A stretch of DNA of 64,000 nt from Longimicrobiales bacterium (lineage in GTDB: Bacteria; Gemmatimonadota; Gemmatimonadetes; Longimicrobiales; Gaopeijiaceae). Shown here in pieces: positions 1 through 10,019 of the stretch; the stretch's first letter is position 1, and the number at the start of each line of letters is the position of its first letter. A program made the translations under genes and the position numbers. The notes under the pieces were generated by a model. That model was not told the DNA's origin. It saw only the letters and a list, made by a program, of their open reading frames with translations, and made no database searches. The DNA lies in NCBI GenBank assembly GCA_965204735.1, contig OZ242008.1:1216001-1280000 (forward strand). Reading direction: 5' to 3'.

Positions 1-2
1 GC

Positions 3-2495
3 TGGACGCGCATCCTTCACGTGGACGAGAACACGGGCGCGGTGGACGTAGCGCTGGACCCCGAAGACCCGCAGATCGTGTACGCCGCGACGTACCAGCG
101 GAGGCGCCGGCCCTGGGGGTTCCACGGCGGCGGTCCCGGCAGCGCGCTGTACCGGAGCGCCGACGGAGGCGACAGCTGGGAGCGGCTCTCCGGCCCGTCG
201 ATCGACCGGGGGCTGCCCGAAGGGGAGCTTGGACGCATCGGCATCTCGCTCTACCGCAGCGACCCGCGAATCGTGTACGCGAGCGTCGAGCAGGGATGGC
301 GCTACAACGCCTCCACCGCATACGGGGAGCGGCGCGCGGGCGTCTACCGCTCCGAGGACGGGGGCGATACGTGGACGCACATGAGCGACTGGAACCCGCG
401 TCCCATGTACGCGAGCCAGATCCTCGTCGACCCCAACGACGACCAGCGCGTCTACATGGTCAACAGCTACTCGTTCTCCGACGACGGAGGCAAGACCTTC
501 ACCGTTCCCCCGCAAAGCCTGCACGGAGACGACCGGCTGGTGTGGGTCGATCCCTCCGACTCGCGCCACGTGATGAAGGCCGACGACGGCGGGTTGGGCA
601 TCTCCTACGACCGGGGATTGACGTGGCTGTACATCTCGGACTTGCCCGTCAGCCAGTACTACCGGGTCGCGGTGGACATGGCGCGGCCGTACAACGTCTA
701 CGGCGGACTTCAGGACAACGGATCGTGGATGGGTCCCAGCGAGACGCTGCGCAGCGCGGGGATACTCGCCGGCGACTGGCGGAAGCTGGGCGGCGGCGAC
801 GGCTTCGTGAACATCCCGGACACGACCACCAACACGATCGTGTACACCGAGTCCCAATACCTGGGGCTCTCTCGCCTCGACCTGCGCACCGGCGAACGCA
901 CAGCCATCCGTCCCGGCGACCCCCGGGGGCACATCGCCGCCCGGCGCAACTGGGAGACGTGGAAGGAGATCGGTCCCCCCGAGGAGCAGCGCCTGGGCAA
1001 CGCGATGGCGCCGGCGAACTGGGACGGGCCGTTCATCCTTTCCCCCCACGACGCCTCCACCCTCTACGCGGGCACCGACGTGCTGTGGAAGTCCACCGAC
1101 CGGGGCGACTCGTGGCTGTCGCTGGGCGCCTTGACCACCGGCGTGGACCGGCGCTCCCTGCCGATCATGGGGCAGATGCCCCACGAGACGCTGCCGTCCC
1201 TCGACGACGGGATTCCGTACTACCCGACGATCTCCGCAATAGCCGAAAGCCCGCTGTTGGAAGGGCTCCTGTACGTGGGTACCGACGACGGGCGTCTGCA
1301 CGTTTCGCGAGACCGCGGCGGAGAGTGGCGGGAGCTGACGGGCGGATTCCCGGGGTTGCCCGAGGGCGCGTGGGTCTCGGGGATCGAGCCGTCGCGCCAC
1401 CACGAGGCAAGGGTGTACGCGGTCTGGAACAACTACCGCAACGACGACTACGGCAACTACCTGTACAAGTCCGACGACTACGGCGAAACGTGGGCTTCGC
1501 TGGCGGACGGGCTGCCGCCGGAGCGAGTCCTGCGCACACTTCGCGAAGACTTGCGCAACCCGTCCGTGCTGTACCTGGGCGCCGAGATCGGTCTCTTCTA
1601 CACGATGGACGGCGGGGGCACGTGGATCGAGCTTCGCGGCGGGATGCCGACGCTGGCCTTCAACGACATCGCCCTCCATCCTCGCGAGAACGATCTTGTG
1701 CTGGGCACCCACGGCCGGGGCGTGTGGATACTCGACCAGATCAACGCCCTGCAGGAGCTGTCCCCGGAGGTCATGGAGAAGCCCGCCCACCTCTTCACGA
1801 CGGAGCCGGCCGTGCAGTGGCGGCGAGAGGGCCGGGGCGCCCACGCCGGCGACGTCCACTTCGCCGGCGAGAACCCGCCCGTCGGCGCGATCCTCGACTA
1901 CTGGCTGGCCCAGGAGGCCGACAGCGGCTCGGTGGCGCTGGCGGTGGAGGACGCCTCCGGCGCCGAGGTCGCGCTTCTGGAAGGCGGCGTCGCGCGGGGC
2001 ATGAACAGGGTCGTGTGGGACCTGCGGCACCGCGCGGCGGAGGCGGCGACGCGCAGCGCCCCCTCCGGCCGGCCGCGACGGGGACCGCTGGCGGCGCCGG
2101 GCCTCTACGCGGTCCGGCTGCGGGCCGCCGGCGCCGAGTCGGTGCAGTCGGTGGAAGTGCGGGAGGACCCGCGGATCAGGGCGTCGCCCGGCGTGCGCGC
2201 CGCGTGGACTCGGGGCTTGCTGGAGCTGTCGGAGGCCGGGGCGCGGGCCATGGCGGGAGCGGAGAGCGCCCGTGCGGCGCTGGCCGAGCTGGGCGAGGAT
2301 ACGACGGGACCGGAGGCGGCCCAGCTTCGCGAGCTGGAGCGCGAGTTCGACGAGCTGGCGAGCCGGATCGCTCGCCTGGCAGGCGACGTCGAAGGCGTCG
2401 TGGCGCCGCTCACGCAAGACCAGAGGAGCCGCCGCGCATTCTACATGGAGATGCTCGACACGCTGGAGGCCGAGCTGGCCGACGCTGTTTCCTGA
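3..2495 (+). CDS. VPS10/sortilin-like BNR-repeat (glycosyl hydrolase-like) secreted protein, 5'-truncated by the window edge
   Basis: Frame is open from position 3; repeated SxDGGxxW Asp-box motifs, YGGLQDNG and GGGDGF motifs, C-terminal coiled coil. Confidence 0.85.
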   Translation, partial: WTRILHVDENTGAVDVALDPEDPQIVYAATYQRRRRPWGFHGGGPGSALYRSADGGDSWERLSGPSIDRGLPEGELGRIGISLYRSDPRIVYASVEQGWRYNASTAYGERRAGVYRSEDGGDTWTHMSDWNPRPMYASQILVDPNDDQRVYMVNSYSFSDDGGKTFTVPPQSLHGDDRLVWVDPSDSRHVMKADDGGLGISYDRGLTWLYISDLPVSQYYRVAVDMARPYNVYGGLQDNGSWMGPSETLRSAGILAGDWRKLGGGDGFVNIPDTTTNTIVYTESQYLGLSRLDLRTGERTAIRPGDPRGHIAARRNWETWKEIGPPEEQRLGNAMAPANWDGPFILSPHDASTLYAGTDVLWKSTDRGDSWLSLGALTTGVDRRSLPIMGQMPHETLPSLDDGIPYYPTISAIAESPLLEGLLYVGTDDGRLHVSRDRGGEWRELTGGFPGLPEGAWVSGIEPSRHHEARVYAVWNNYRNDDYGNYLYKSDDYGETWASLADGLPPERVLRTLREDLRNPSVLYLGAEIGLFYTMDGGGTWIELRGGMPTLAFNDIALHPRENDLVLGTHGRGVWILDQINALQELSPEVMEKPAHLFTTEPAVQWRREGRGAHAGDVHFAGENPPVGAILDYWLAQEADSGSVALAVEDASGAEVALLEGGVARGMNRVVWDLRHRAAEAATRSAPSGRPRRGPLAAPGLYAVRLRAAGAESVQSVEVREDPRIRASPGVRAAWTRGLLELSEAGARAMAGAESARAALAELGEDTTGPEAAQLRELEREFDELASRIARLAGDVEGVVAPLTQDQRSRRAFYMEMLDTLEAELADAVS

Positions 2496-2561
2496 TCGGC
2501 CCCGCGGACTACATTCAACCATCTTGCACGCGCTTCACGTTACCCGTACCAGGCAATCGCC

Positions 2562-5402
2562 ATGAAGACTCGCCTCTCGCGGCTCGCGCCGACCGCTCTC
2601 GCCCTTGCTCTCGTCGCCGGAGGTTGGAGCGCCGCCGCTTTCCGGACCGCCGCCCAGCTCCCGGCCCTCGACGAGCCGCTCCCCCCGGACCCCGACGTCG
2701 TCACCGGCGCCCTCGACAACGGTCTCCGCTACTTCATCCACGAGAACGGCCGCCCCGAGAACCGGGCGCTGCTGCGGCTCGTCGTGAACGTCGGCTCCAT
2801 CGTCGAGGACGAGGACCAGCTGGGCCTTGCCCACTTCGTGGAGCACATGGCCTTCAACGGCACCCGCAACTTCGAGAAGTCGGCGCTGGTGGACTACCTG
2901 GAGTCGATCGGCATGGCGTTCGGTCCGCACATCAACGCCTACACCAGCTTTGACGAGACGGTGTACATGCTGCAGCTGCCCATGGACGACCCCGAAGCGC
3001 TCGTCACCGGCTTCCAGATACTGCAGGACTGGGCGGCAGGTCAGCTCTTCGACCCCGAGGAGGTCGACAAGGAGCGGGGCGTGGTCGTCGAGGAGTGGCG
3101 CGGCCGCCGAGGCGCCATGGCGCGCATCCAAGACCAGCAGGTGCCGGTCCTGTTCGAAGGGTCGCTGTACGCCGAGCGTCTTCCCATCGGCAACCCCGAG
3201 GTGCTGGAGACGGCGCCGCCCGAGACCTTGCGCCGCTTCTTCGACGACTGGTACCGCCCCGGCCTGATGGCGGTGGTCGCCGTCGGCGACTTCGACGCGT
3301 CCCGAATCGAAGGCATGGTGGAGGAGTACTTCGGCGAGCTGCGCAACCCGGAATCCCCGCGTCCCCGGACGACGGCCGAAGTGCCCATCGACCATCCGGC
3401 CCGCGTTGCGGTCGCCACCGACCCGGAGATGCCCCAGAGTCAGGTCGCCCTCCTCTACAAGCAGCCGCCCCAAAGCTTGAAGACGGTGGCCGACTTTCGG
3501 CGGGGCCTGTTGCAGGACCTCTATTCGGGAATGCTCAACGCGCGACTGGACGAGCTTCGCCTGCAGCCCGACCCGCCCTTCGTCTTTGCAGGGACTGGTC
3601 GGGGCGGCTTCGTGCGCGGAGTGGACGCCTACCAGATGATGGCCTTCGTCACCGAAGGCGGCGTGGAGCGGGGGATGGACGCCCTGCTGACCGAGGCCGA
3701 GCGCGTGGCGCGTCACGGCTTCACCGCCACCGAGCTGGAGCGCCAGAAGGTCGAGGCGACCCGTTCCTACGAGCGCCAGCTCGCCGCAAGGGAGACCCAG
3801 GAGTCGGCCGCCCTGGCTGCGCGCTACATCCGCGTGTTCTTGGAAGACAGAGCCTACCCCAGCATTGAAACGGAGGCGGCCCTCGCCGAGGCCTTCCTGC
3901 CCGGCGTCACGCTGGAGGAGACCAACGCCTTGGTCTCGGAGGGGATCACCGAGGAGGGGCGCGTGGTGCTGGTGGGGGCGCCGGAGAAGGAAGGAGTGGA
4001 GACGCCTTCGGAAGAGGCGCTGAACAACGTCTTCGCGTCCGTGGCGGCCAAGGACGTGGCGCCCTACGAAGACGCCGCCGTGGACGCTCCCCTTCTCCCG
4101 GAGCCGCCGACGGGCTCGGCCGTGACGTCGGAGGAAGTCGTGGAAGCGGTGGGCGTCACGGTTTGGACGCTCGAGAACGGCGTCAGGGTCGTGCTCAAGC
4201 CGACCGACTTCAAGGACGACGAGATACGCTTTGCCGCGACGAGTCCGGGCGGCACTTCGCTGGCCGCGGACGACGTCTTCGAAAGCGCCGACGTGGCGTC
4301 CCAGATCGTGGGCGACGGAGGCGTGGGGGAGTTCGACCAGACGGCGTTGCAGAAGAAGCTCGCGGGCACCGTGCTGGAGGTGAGACCGACGATAGCGGAG
4401 CTCTCGGAGGGGTTCCGGGGTTCGGCGTCGCCGAAGGACGTCGAGACGGCGCTTCAGCTGGTGCACCTGTACTTTACGGCCCCCCGCAAGGACGAAGGAG
4501 CTCTGGGATCCTTCAAGGCTTTGATGGCCGGGTTCTTTGCCAACGCGTCCTCCAACCCCGACATGGCGTTTGCCGACACGGTGGCCACGACCATGTCCCA
4601 GGACCACCCCCGGGCCAACGTCTTTCCCGATCCGGAAGACGTCGAGAGGATCGAGTTGGACGCCGCCTTCGACTTTTATCGGGAGCGCTTCGCCGACGCC
4701 GGCGACTTCACCTTCTACTTTGCCGGCGCCTTCGAGCTGGACGCCATGCGGCCCTTGGTGGAGCAATACCTGGGCGGGCTGCCGAGCGAAGGCCGCGCCG
4801 AGACGTGGCTCGACGTGGGGATCGATCCTCCCTCCGGCGTGATCGAGAAGGTCGTGCGCATGGGCGTGGAGCCCCAGAGCACCACCCAGATCATCTTCGC
4901 GGGCGACGGCGAGTACTCGGTGCGGGAGCGAAGCGCCGTCGCCGCGCTGGCCGACGTCCTGGAAATCCGCCTCCGGGAGCTTCTTCGCGAGGACTTGGGA
5001 GGCACCTACGGAGTCGGCGTGTCCGGCGTTCTTTCATACCGGCCCGACGAGGAGTATCGGGTAAGCATCGACTTCGGCTCTGCCCCCGATCGCGCCGACG
5101 AGCTGGCCGCGGTCGTCTTCGAGGAGATCGAGCGGCTGAAGACGGACGGCCCCGACGCCGAGACCGTGGCGAAGGTGCGCGAGACGCAGCGCCGCGCCAA
5201 GGAGACCAGCCTTCGCCAGAACTCGTACTGGATCAACCAGATGCGGAGCTTCGATCAGCAGGGGCGCGACTACGCCGACATTCCCAGCTACGATCAGATC
5301 GAGGCGTGGTCCGCCGCCGACGTGCGCGCCGCGGCCCAGCGCTACCTGCGCCTGGACCAATACGCCAAGTTCGTGCTGTTGCCGGAAGAGCCAGTGCCGT
5401 GA
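2562..5402 (+). CDS. M16 family zinc protease (PqqL-like insulinase)
   Basis: Signal peptide; HFVEHMAFNGT (HxxEH) and NAYTSFDETVY motifs; two-lobed 946 aa architecture. Confidence 0.93.
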   Translation: MKTRLSRLAPTALALALVAGGWSAAAFRTAAQLPALDEPLPPDPDVVTGALDNGLRYFIHENGRPENRALLRLVVNVGSIVEDEDQLGLAHFVEHMAFNGTRNFEKSALVDYLESIGMAFGPHINAYTSFDETVYMLQLPMDDPEALVTGFQILQDWAAGQLFDPEEVDKERGVVVEEWRGRRGAMARIQDQQVPVLFEGSLYAERLPIGNPEVLETAPPETLRRFFDDWYRPGLMAVVAVGDFDASRIEGMVEEYFGELRNPESPRPRTTAEVPIDHPARVAVATDPEMPQSQVALLYKQPPQSLKTVADFRRGLLQDLYSGMLNARLDELRLQPDPPFVFAGTGRGGFVRGVDAYQMMAFVTEGGVERGMDALLTEAERVARHGFTATELERQKVEATRSYERQLAARETQESAALAARYIRVFLEDRAYPSIETEAALAEAFLPGVTLEETNALVSEGITEEGRVVLVGAPEKEGVETPSEEALNNVFASVAAKDVAPYEDAAVDAPLLPEPPTGSAVTSEEVVEAVGVTVWTLENGVRVVLKPTDFKDDEIRFAATSPGGTSLAADDVFESADVASQIVGDGGVGEFDQTALQKKLAGTVLEVRPTIAELSEGFRGSASPKDVETALQLVHLYFTAPRKDEGALGSFKALMAGFFANASSNPDMAFADTVATTMSQDHPRANVFPDPEDVERIELDAAFDFYRERFADAGDFTFYFAGAFELDAMRPLVEQYLGGLPSEGRAETWLDVGIDPPSGVIEKVVRMGVEPQSTTQIIFAGDGEYSVRERSAVAALADVLEIRLRELLREDLGGTYGVGVSGVLSYRPDEEYRVSIDFGSAPDRADELAAVVFEEIERLKTDGPDAETVAKVRETQRRAKETSLRQNSYWINQMRSFDQQGRDYADIPSYDQIEAWSAADVRAAAQRYLRLDQYAKFVLLPEEPVP

Positions 5403-6883
5403 GGACGGCTTCGGTCGTCGGGAGCGTCGCCGGACGCGTTCCGGAGCTGGCGTCCCGAAGCGCTCCGCAACGGGCGCATCGCGCGAGCGGGAGCACGTGC
5501 AGGCGCACCTCGCCCCTCCCTTCGCCGCTCCGCTCCGCCCTGGCGGGCCGCTTCGGCGACCGCTTCTCCACGGCGGCGGCCGTGTGCGAGCACCACGGCA
5601 AGGACGACTCCCATCACGCCATTGCACCGCCCGACGCCGTCGTGGCCGCGCGTTCCACCGACGAGGTGGCCTTCGCCGTCGGCGAGTGCGCCCGGCATGG
5701 GGTTCCAGTGATCCCCTTCGGCGCGGGCACGTCGATCGAGGGCCACGTGCAGGCCGTGCGCGGCGGCGTCTCCCTGGACCTGGCCGGGATGAACCGGGTG
5801 CAGGCCGTGCGCCCCGACGACATGGACGCCACCGTTCAGGCCGGCGTCACGCGGCGCCAGCTCGACCGCGCGCTCAAGGGTACCGGCCTCTTCTTCTCGG
5901 TGGACCCGGGGGCCGACGCCACCCTTGGGGGCATGGCCGCCACCGCGGCTTCGGGCACGACCACCGTGCGCTACGGCGCAATGCGCGACAATGTGGTCTC
6001 GCTCGTCGCCGTCCTGGCGGACGGGTCGGTGGCGCGCACTGGCGGGCGCGCCCGCAAGTCGGCGGCCGGCTACGACCTGACCAGCCTCCTCGTCGGCTCA
6101 GAAGGCACGCTGGGCGTGATCACCGAGCTGGTGGTGCGCCTGCACCCGGTCCCCGAGGCCGTCGCCGCGGCCGTCTGCGCCTTCCCGGAGTTGGCCGGGG
6201 CCGTGGCGTCGGTCGTGCAGGTGGTCCAGGCCGGCGTGCCTGTCGCCCGCTGCGAGCTGCTGGACGCGACGGCCATGTGCGCCGTCAACCTCTACTCCGG
6301 GCTCGACTGCGCCGAGTCGCCCACTGTCTTCTTCGAGTTCCACGGGACCGAAGCGGAAGTGGCCGCCCAGGGGGAGCTGGCGCAGGAAGCGTGCCGGGAG
6401 CTGGGCGGGGCCGACTTTCGGTACGCCCGCCGGCAGGAAGAGCGGCGCCGGCTGTGGAAGGCGCGCCACGACGCCTATCCCGCCCTGCTGGCGATGCGCC
6501 CCGGCTGTCGGGGGCTGACCACCGACGTGTGCGTGCCCGTGTCGCGTCTCGCGCAGTGCATCGCCGAAAGCATCGAGGACATGAAGACGGCCACGGTTCC
6601 GTGGGGGATCGTCGGTCATGCGGGCGACGGCAACTTTCACGTCGCGTTCGTCTTGGACATGGACTCGCCCGCAGAAGTGGCGGAGGCGGAAGGGTTCAAC
6701 GAGCGCATGATCGCCCGGGCGCTGGCGATGAACGGCACGTGCACCGGCGAACACGGAATCGGGATGGGGAAGCGCCGCTTTCTGGAAGCCGAGCACGGCG
6801 AGGCGACGGTCGCGGCGATGCGCGCCGTAAAGCAGGCGCTGGACCCGCGAGGGATCATGAACCCGGAGAAGGTGCTGCCGTAG
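5399..6883 (+). CDS. FAD-linked oxidase (D-lactate dehydrogenase/GlcD-like)
   Basis: GTG at 5399 overlaps the upstream TGA (GTGA); PFGAGTSIEG, GSEGTLG, HAGDGNFH and GEHGIG motifs. Confidence 0.9.
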   Translation: MRTASVVGSVAGRVPELASRSAPQRAHRASGSTCRRTSPLPSPLRSALAGRFGDRFSTAAAVCEHHGKDDSHHAIAPPDAVVAARSTDEVAFAVGECARHGVPVIPFGAGTSIEGHVQAVRGGVSLDLAGMNRVQAVRPDDMDATVQAGVTRRQLDRALKGTGLFFSVDPGADATLGGMAATAASGTTTVRYGAMRDNVVSLVAVLADGSVARTGGRARKSAAGYDLTSLLVGSEGTLGVITELVVRLHPVPEAVAAAVCAFPELAGAVASVVQVVQAGVPVARCELLDATAMCAVNLYSGLDCAESPTVFFEFHGTEAEVAAQGELAQEACRELGGADFRYARRQEERRRLWKARHDAYPALLAMRPGCRGLTTDVCVPVSRLAQCIAESIEDMKTATVPWGIVGHAGDGNFHVAFVLDMDSPAEVAEAEGFNERMIARALAMNGTCTGEHGIGMGKRRFLEAEHGEATVAAMRAVKQALDPRGIMNPEKVLP

Positions 6884-6952
6884 CGGGAGCCGGCGTCCTT
6901 TGCAGGCGACGCGCAGCATCTTGCCATGGCAACGCGCGTGCCGAGGGGGTCC

Positions 6953-8410
6953 TCACAAGACGGGCGACGAGTCGGAAGTCGCCGGTCCCGTCCTCGCCGC
7001 CTTCCTCGCCTGCGCGGTTGCCAGCCCAACCGAGAGCGCGATCCAGAAGCCGGCCAACGGGACCGCCGTCATGGCCAAGGCGGCGACGCCCAGCCCGAAC
7101 AAGGCCAGAAATCCGTCGATCCCGACTCCAGCCACGTCGCCGCCCCGGTACAGGAAGACGTCCACGACCGGCTTCGCCTTGTACTTCGCCCTCGAAGACA
7201 CGACGCTGAAGAGCGTCTCTCGTGCCGGCCGGGAAACGGCGTACCGGACTGCGCGGTGGACGGCGTCAAGAACGAGCATCACGCCCAGCACTGGCCAGGT
7301 CGCCAAGCTCGCAAAGCCCACGAGGGTCACCAGCGCAAGGATCGACAGGGTCGGGCCGATGCCGAACCACCTGATCAAGCGAGCGGTCACGAACACCTGC
7401 AGCAGCAGGGTCGCCGACTGCGCCACGAAGTTGAAGTAGGCAAAGCTGCCCACCCGCTGGCTGAAGGTGTCGGTGGCGTTGAGGATCAAGTTCGCTTCGG
7501 CGAAGTAGATCATGGTGTTGGAGACGGCCATGAAGACCACCCAGAGCCCGATCCCCAGCATGTACGGTGAAGTGGCCACGATCTTGGCGCCCTCCCAGAA
7601 CGAGCCGCCGACGGCCGCCCTGGAGTGGCGGGCGCCGCCCGAGCGTTCCAGCAACTCCGCAGCCGGCGTGGTCTTCGGCTGCGTCGTCTTGCGGTCGATC
7701 GCCAGCATCACGAGAACGGCGCACACGTAGAAGGCGCACGACGCCAGCATGAGGCCCGACGGCAGGTACGCCGACTCGCCGGCGACTTGGCTCGCCAACC
7801 CCGTCAGCCAGCTTCCGACGATGGAGCCCAGCGTGCCGCCGGCCCCGATGAAGGCGAAGAGCCGCTTGCCCTGGTCGAAGCTGAAGACGTCCACCATGAA
7901 CGCCCAGAAGACGCTGGTCATGAAGAGATTCACGACGCTGAGCCAGACGTAGAAGACGTAGCCGACGCCCTGGGCCACTGTCGTCTCGGCGTCCGTGCCC
8001 ACGAGGCCGCCCCCCGTCGCGGCGTCCCACGCCAGAAGTCCGGCAAACCCCAGCAGGCACGTGGTCACGAACAAGTACCAAATCGGGACGAATCGGCGCC
8101 GATTCGTGCGCGCCACTACGCCGCCGAAGGCCAAGACGACCACCAGCGACGCCGCCGACGTCGCGACGAACAGCCAACGCAGGTCGTCCATCCCCCTCGA
8201 CACGCCCATGGCGTCCCGCACGGGGCGCAGGAAGAAGTACCCGCACAGGAGGAGGAAGAAGAAGAGAGCGGAAAGCAGCGCCAAGGGGCGCTCCTTCGGC
8301 GCCATGCCGCGCAGGGTGACGACGCTGAACCCCAGCACCGTCGCCGCGGCGACGAGCCAAGCGACCCAGGCGACGGGCGAAGCGACCCACTGGCCTAACC
8401 AAGACGACAC
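6953..8410 (-). CDS. MFS transporter, NTP/NDP exchange (AAA/TLC-like) family
   Basis: Multi-TM protein; LRPVRD, FWAFMVDVF, RPARETLF and KYKAKPVVDVFLYRGGD motifs. Confidence 0.8.
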   Translation of the reverse strand: MSSWLGQWVASPVAWVAWLVAAATVLGFSVVTLRGMAPKERPLALLSALFFFLLLCGYFFLRPVRDAMGVSRGMDDLRWLFVATSAASLVVVLAFGGVVARTNRRRFVPIWYLFVTTCLLGFAGLLAWDAATGGGLVGTDAETTVAQGVGYVFYVWLSVVNLFMTSVFWAFMVDVFSFDQGKRLFAFIGAGGTLGSIVGSWLTGLASQVAGESAYLPSGLMLASCAFYVCAVLVMLAIDRKTTQPKTTPAAELLERSGGARHSRAAVGGSFWEGAKIVATSPYMLGIGLWVVFMAVSNTMIYFAEANLILNATDTFSQRVGSFAYFNFVAQSATLLLQVFVTARLIRWFGIGPTLSILALVTLVGFASLATWPVLGVMLVLDAVHRAVRYAVSRPARETLFSVVSSRAKYKAKPVVDVFLYRGGDVAGVGIDGFLALFGLGVAALAMTAVPLAGFWIALSVGLATAQARKAARTGPATSDSSPVL

Positions 8411-8714
8411 TTGCAGCGTTCCTGTCCCAAGCGTTCCCGTCCCAAGAGGGGGTTGCGACTCCTCCGCGCTGCCGGGCGTGCGCCGGAGGCTCGACTGCTA
8501 CCGATCAGCTTGACCGCTACCGATTAGAACGTCATCTTTCGCCAAGGGCAAGTCGCCTCGCCTGTGGGGCAAGGCGTCCGTGGGCAAGCCGCCCGTGGGG
8601 CAAAGGCGTCGGTGGACAAGCCGCTTCGCTCCTGTGAGGCGGACCGCCCACAGCCGCTGCAACGAGCGTCCTCGCCCGTCGTCGTCCCGCTTGCCTGTCG
8701 CCTTCGCGTCGCCT

Positions 8715-10019
8715 GTGAGCCTACACGCCTTTCCGACCCGCCTGCTCACGTCCGCGATCGGCGTCCGGCCTGCCGAGGCACGCGCAGTAGTGCTTTCGGG
8801 CGCCTACTTCTTCTTCGTCCTCTCGGCGTACTACGTCATTCGCCCGATTCGAGAGGAGATGGCCGTTGCCAGCGGCGTGGAAAACATCCCGTGGCTCTTC
8901 ACCGGCACCCTTGCGGGAACGCTGTTGGTCCATCCCCTCTTCACGACGGCCGTGTCCCGCTGGCCCCGCAGGCGCTTCGTATCCACCGCGTACCGCTTCG
9001 CCATGGCAAACTTGGCCCTGTTCTTCGTGCTGATGAAGACGTTGCCGGACGAAGCGACGGTGTGGGTAGGGCGGGTGTTCTTCATATGGCTCGCGGTGTT
9101 CAACCTCTTCGTGATCTCGATCTTCTGGTCCTTCATGACCGACATCTTCCGGGATGGACAGAGCCGTCGGCTCTTCGGGCTCGTGAGCGCCGGAGGCGGT
9201 CTTGGAGCGATCGCTGGATCGGCAGTCACCGCGTTTCTGGCCACGAAAGTGGGACCGATCAACTTGCTCTGGTTCTCAGTCGTCCTGATCGAGTGCGCCG
9301 TGTGGTGCGTCGGCCGGCTGGACGGCATCTCCATGGCCCGGCCGGACGACTCCCGCGCCGACTCCGCCGCGGAAACCGCCGACCAGATCATCGGAGGCTC
9401 CGCGTGGGACGGCATCAAGCGCTTGTCCGGCTCGCCCTACTTGCTGGGCATTTCCGCGTTCATGCTGCTCTTCACGGTGGGATCGACCTTTCTATATCAG
9501 ATCCAGGCCGAGATCGTCTCCACCACCTTTGTCGGCTCGGCGGAGCGCACAGCCGTCTTCGCGCGGCTCGACCTGGCCGTCAACATATTGTCCCTGTTTG
9601 CTCAGATACTTGTCACTGGGCGGCTTCTCAAGTGGCTCGGCGTCGGGATCACGCTTGCGCTGTTGCCCCTGATCAGCGCAATCGGGTTCGCCGCCCTGGG
9701 GACCGCGCCCGTGCTCGCCGTCTTCGTCGTCTTCCAAGTCGTCAGGCGAGCCGGGGACTACGCCGTCGCGCGTCCAACGAGAGAGGTCCTCTACACTGTC
9801 CTCTCCCGAAGCGAGAAGTACAAGGCAAAGAACTTCAACGACACCTTCGTCTACCGTACCGGCGACCAGGTCGGCGCATGGTCCTTCGCAGGTCTCTCCA
9901 TGCTGGGCCTGGGCACTTCGGCAGTGGCGCTGGTGATGGTGCCGGTGTCGGTGGCGTGGTTGCTGGTGGCGTTGTGGCTGGGCAGGCAGAGACGCGCCCT
10001 GGCCGGAGGGTCGCCTTGA
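8715..10019 (+). CDS. MFS transporter, NTP/NDP exchange (AAA/TLC-like) family, paralog of 6953-8410
   Basis: IRPIRE, FWSFMTDIF and KYKAKNFNDTFVYRTGD motifs; start estimated at GTG 8715. Confidence 0.8.
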   Translation: MSLHAFPTRLLTSAIGVRPAEARAVVLSGAYFFFVLSAYYVIRPIREEMAVASGVENIPWLFTGTLAGTLLVHPLFTTAVSRWPRRRFVSTAYRFAMANLALFFVLMKTLPDEATVWVGRVFFIWLAVFNLFVISIFWSFMTDIFRDGQSRRLFGLVSAGGGLGAIAGSAVTAFLATKVGPINLLWFSVVLIECAVWCVGRLDGISMARPDDSRADSAAETADQIIGGSAWDGIKRLSGSPYLLGISAFMLLFTVGSTFLYQIQAEIVSTTFVGSAERTAVFARLDLAVNILSLFAQILVTGRLLKWLGVGITLALLPLISAIGFAALGTAPVLAVFVVFQVVRRAGDYAVARPTREVLYTVLSRSEKYKAKNFNDTFVYRTGDQVGAWSFAGLSMLGLGTSAVALVMVPVSVAWLLVALWLGRQRRALAGGSP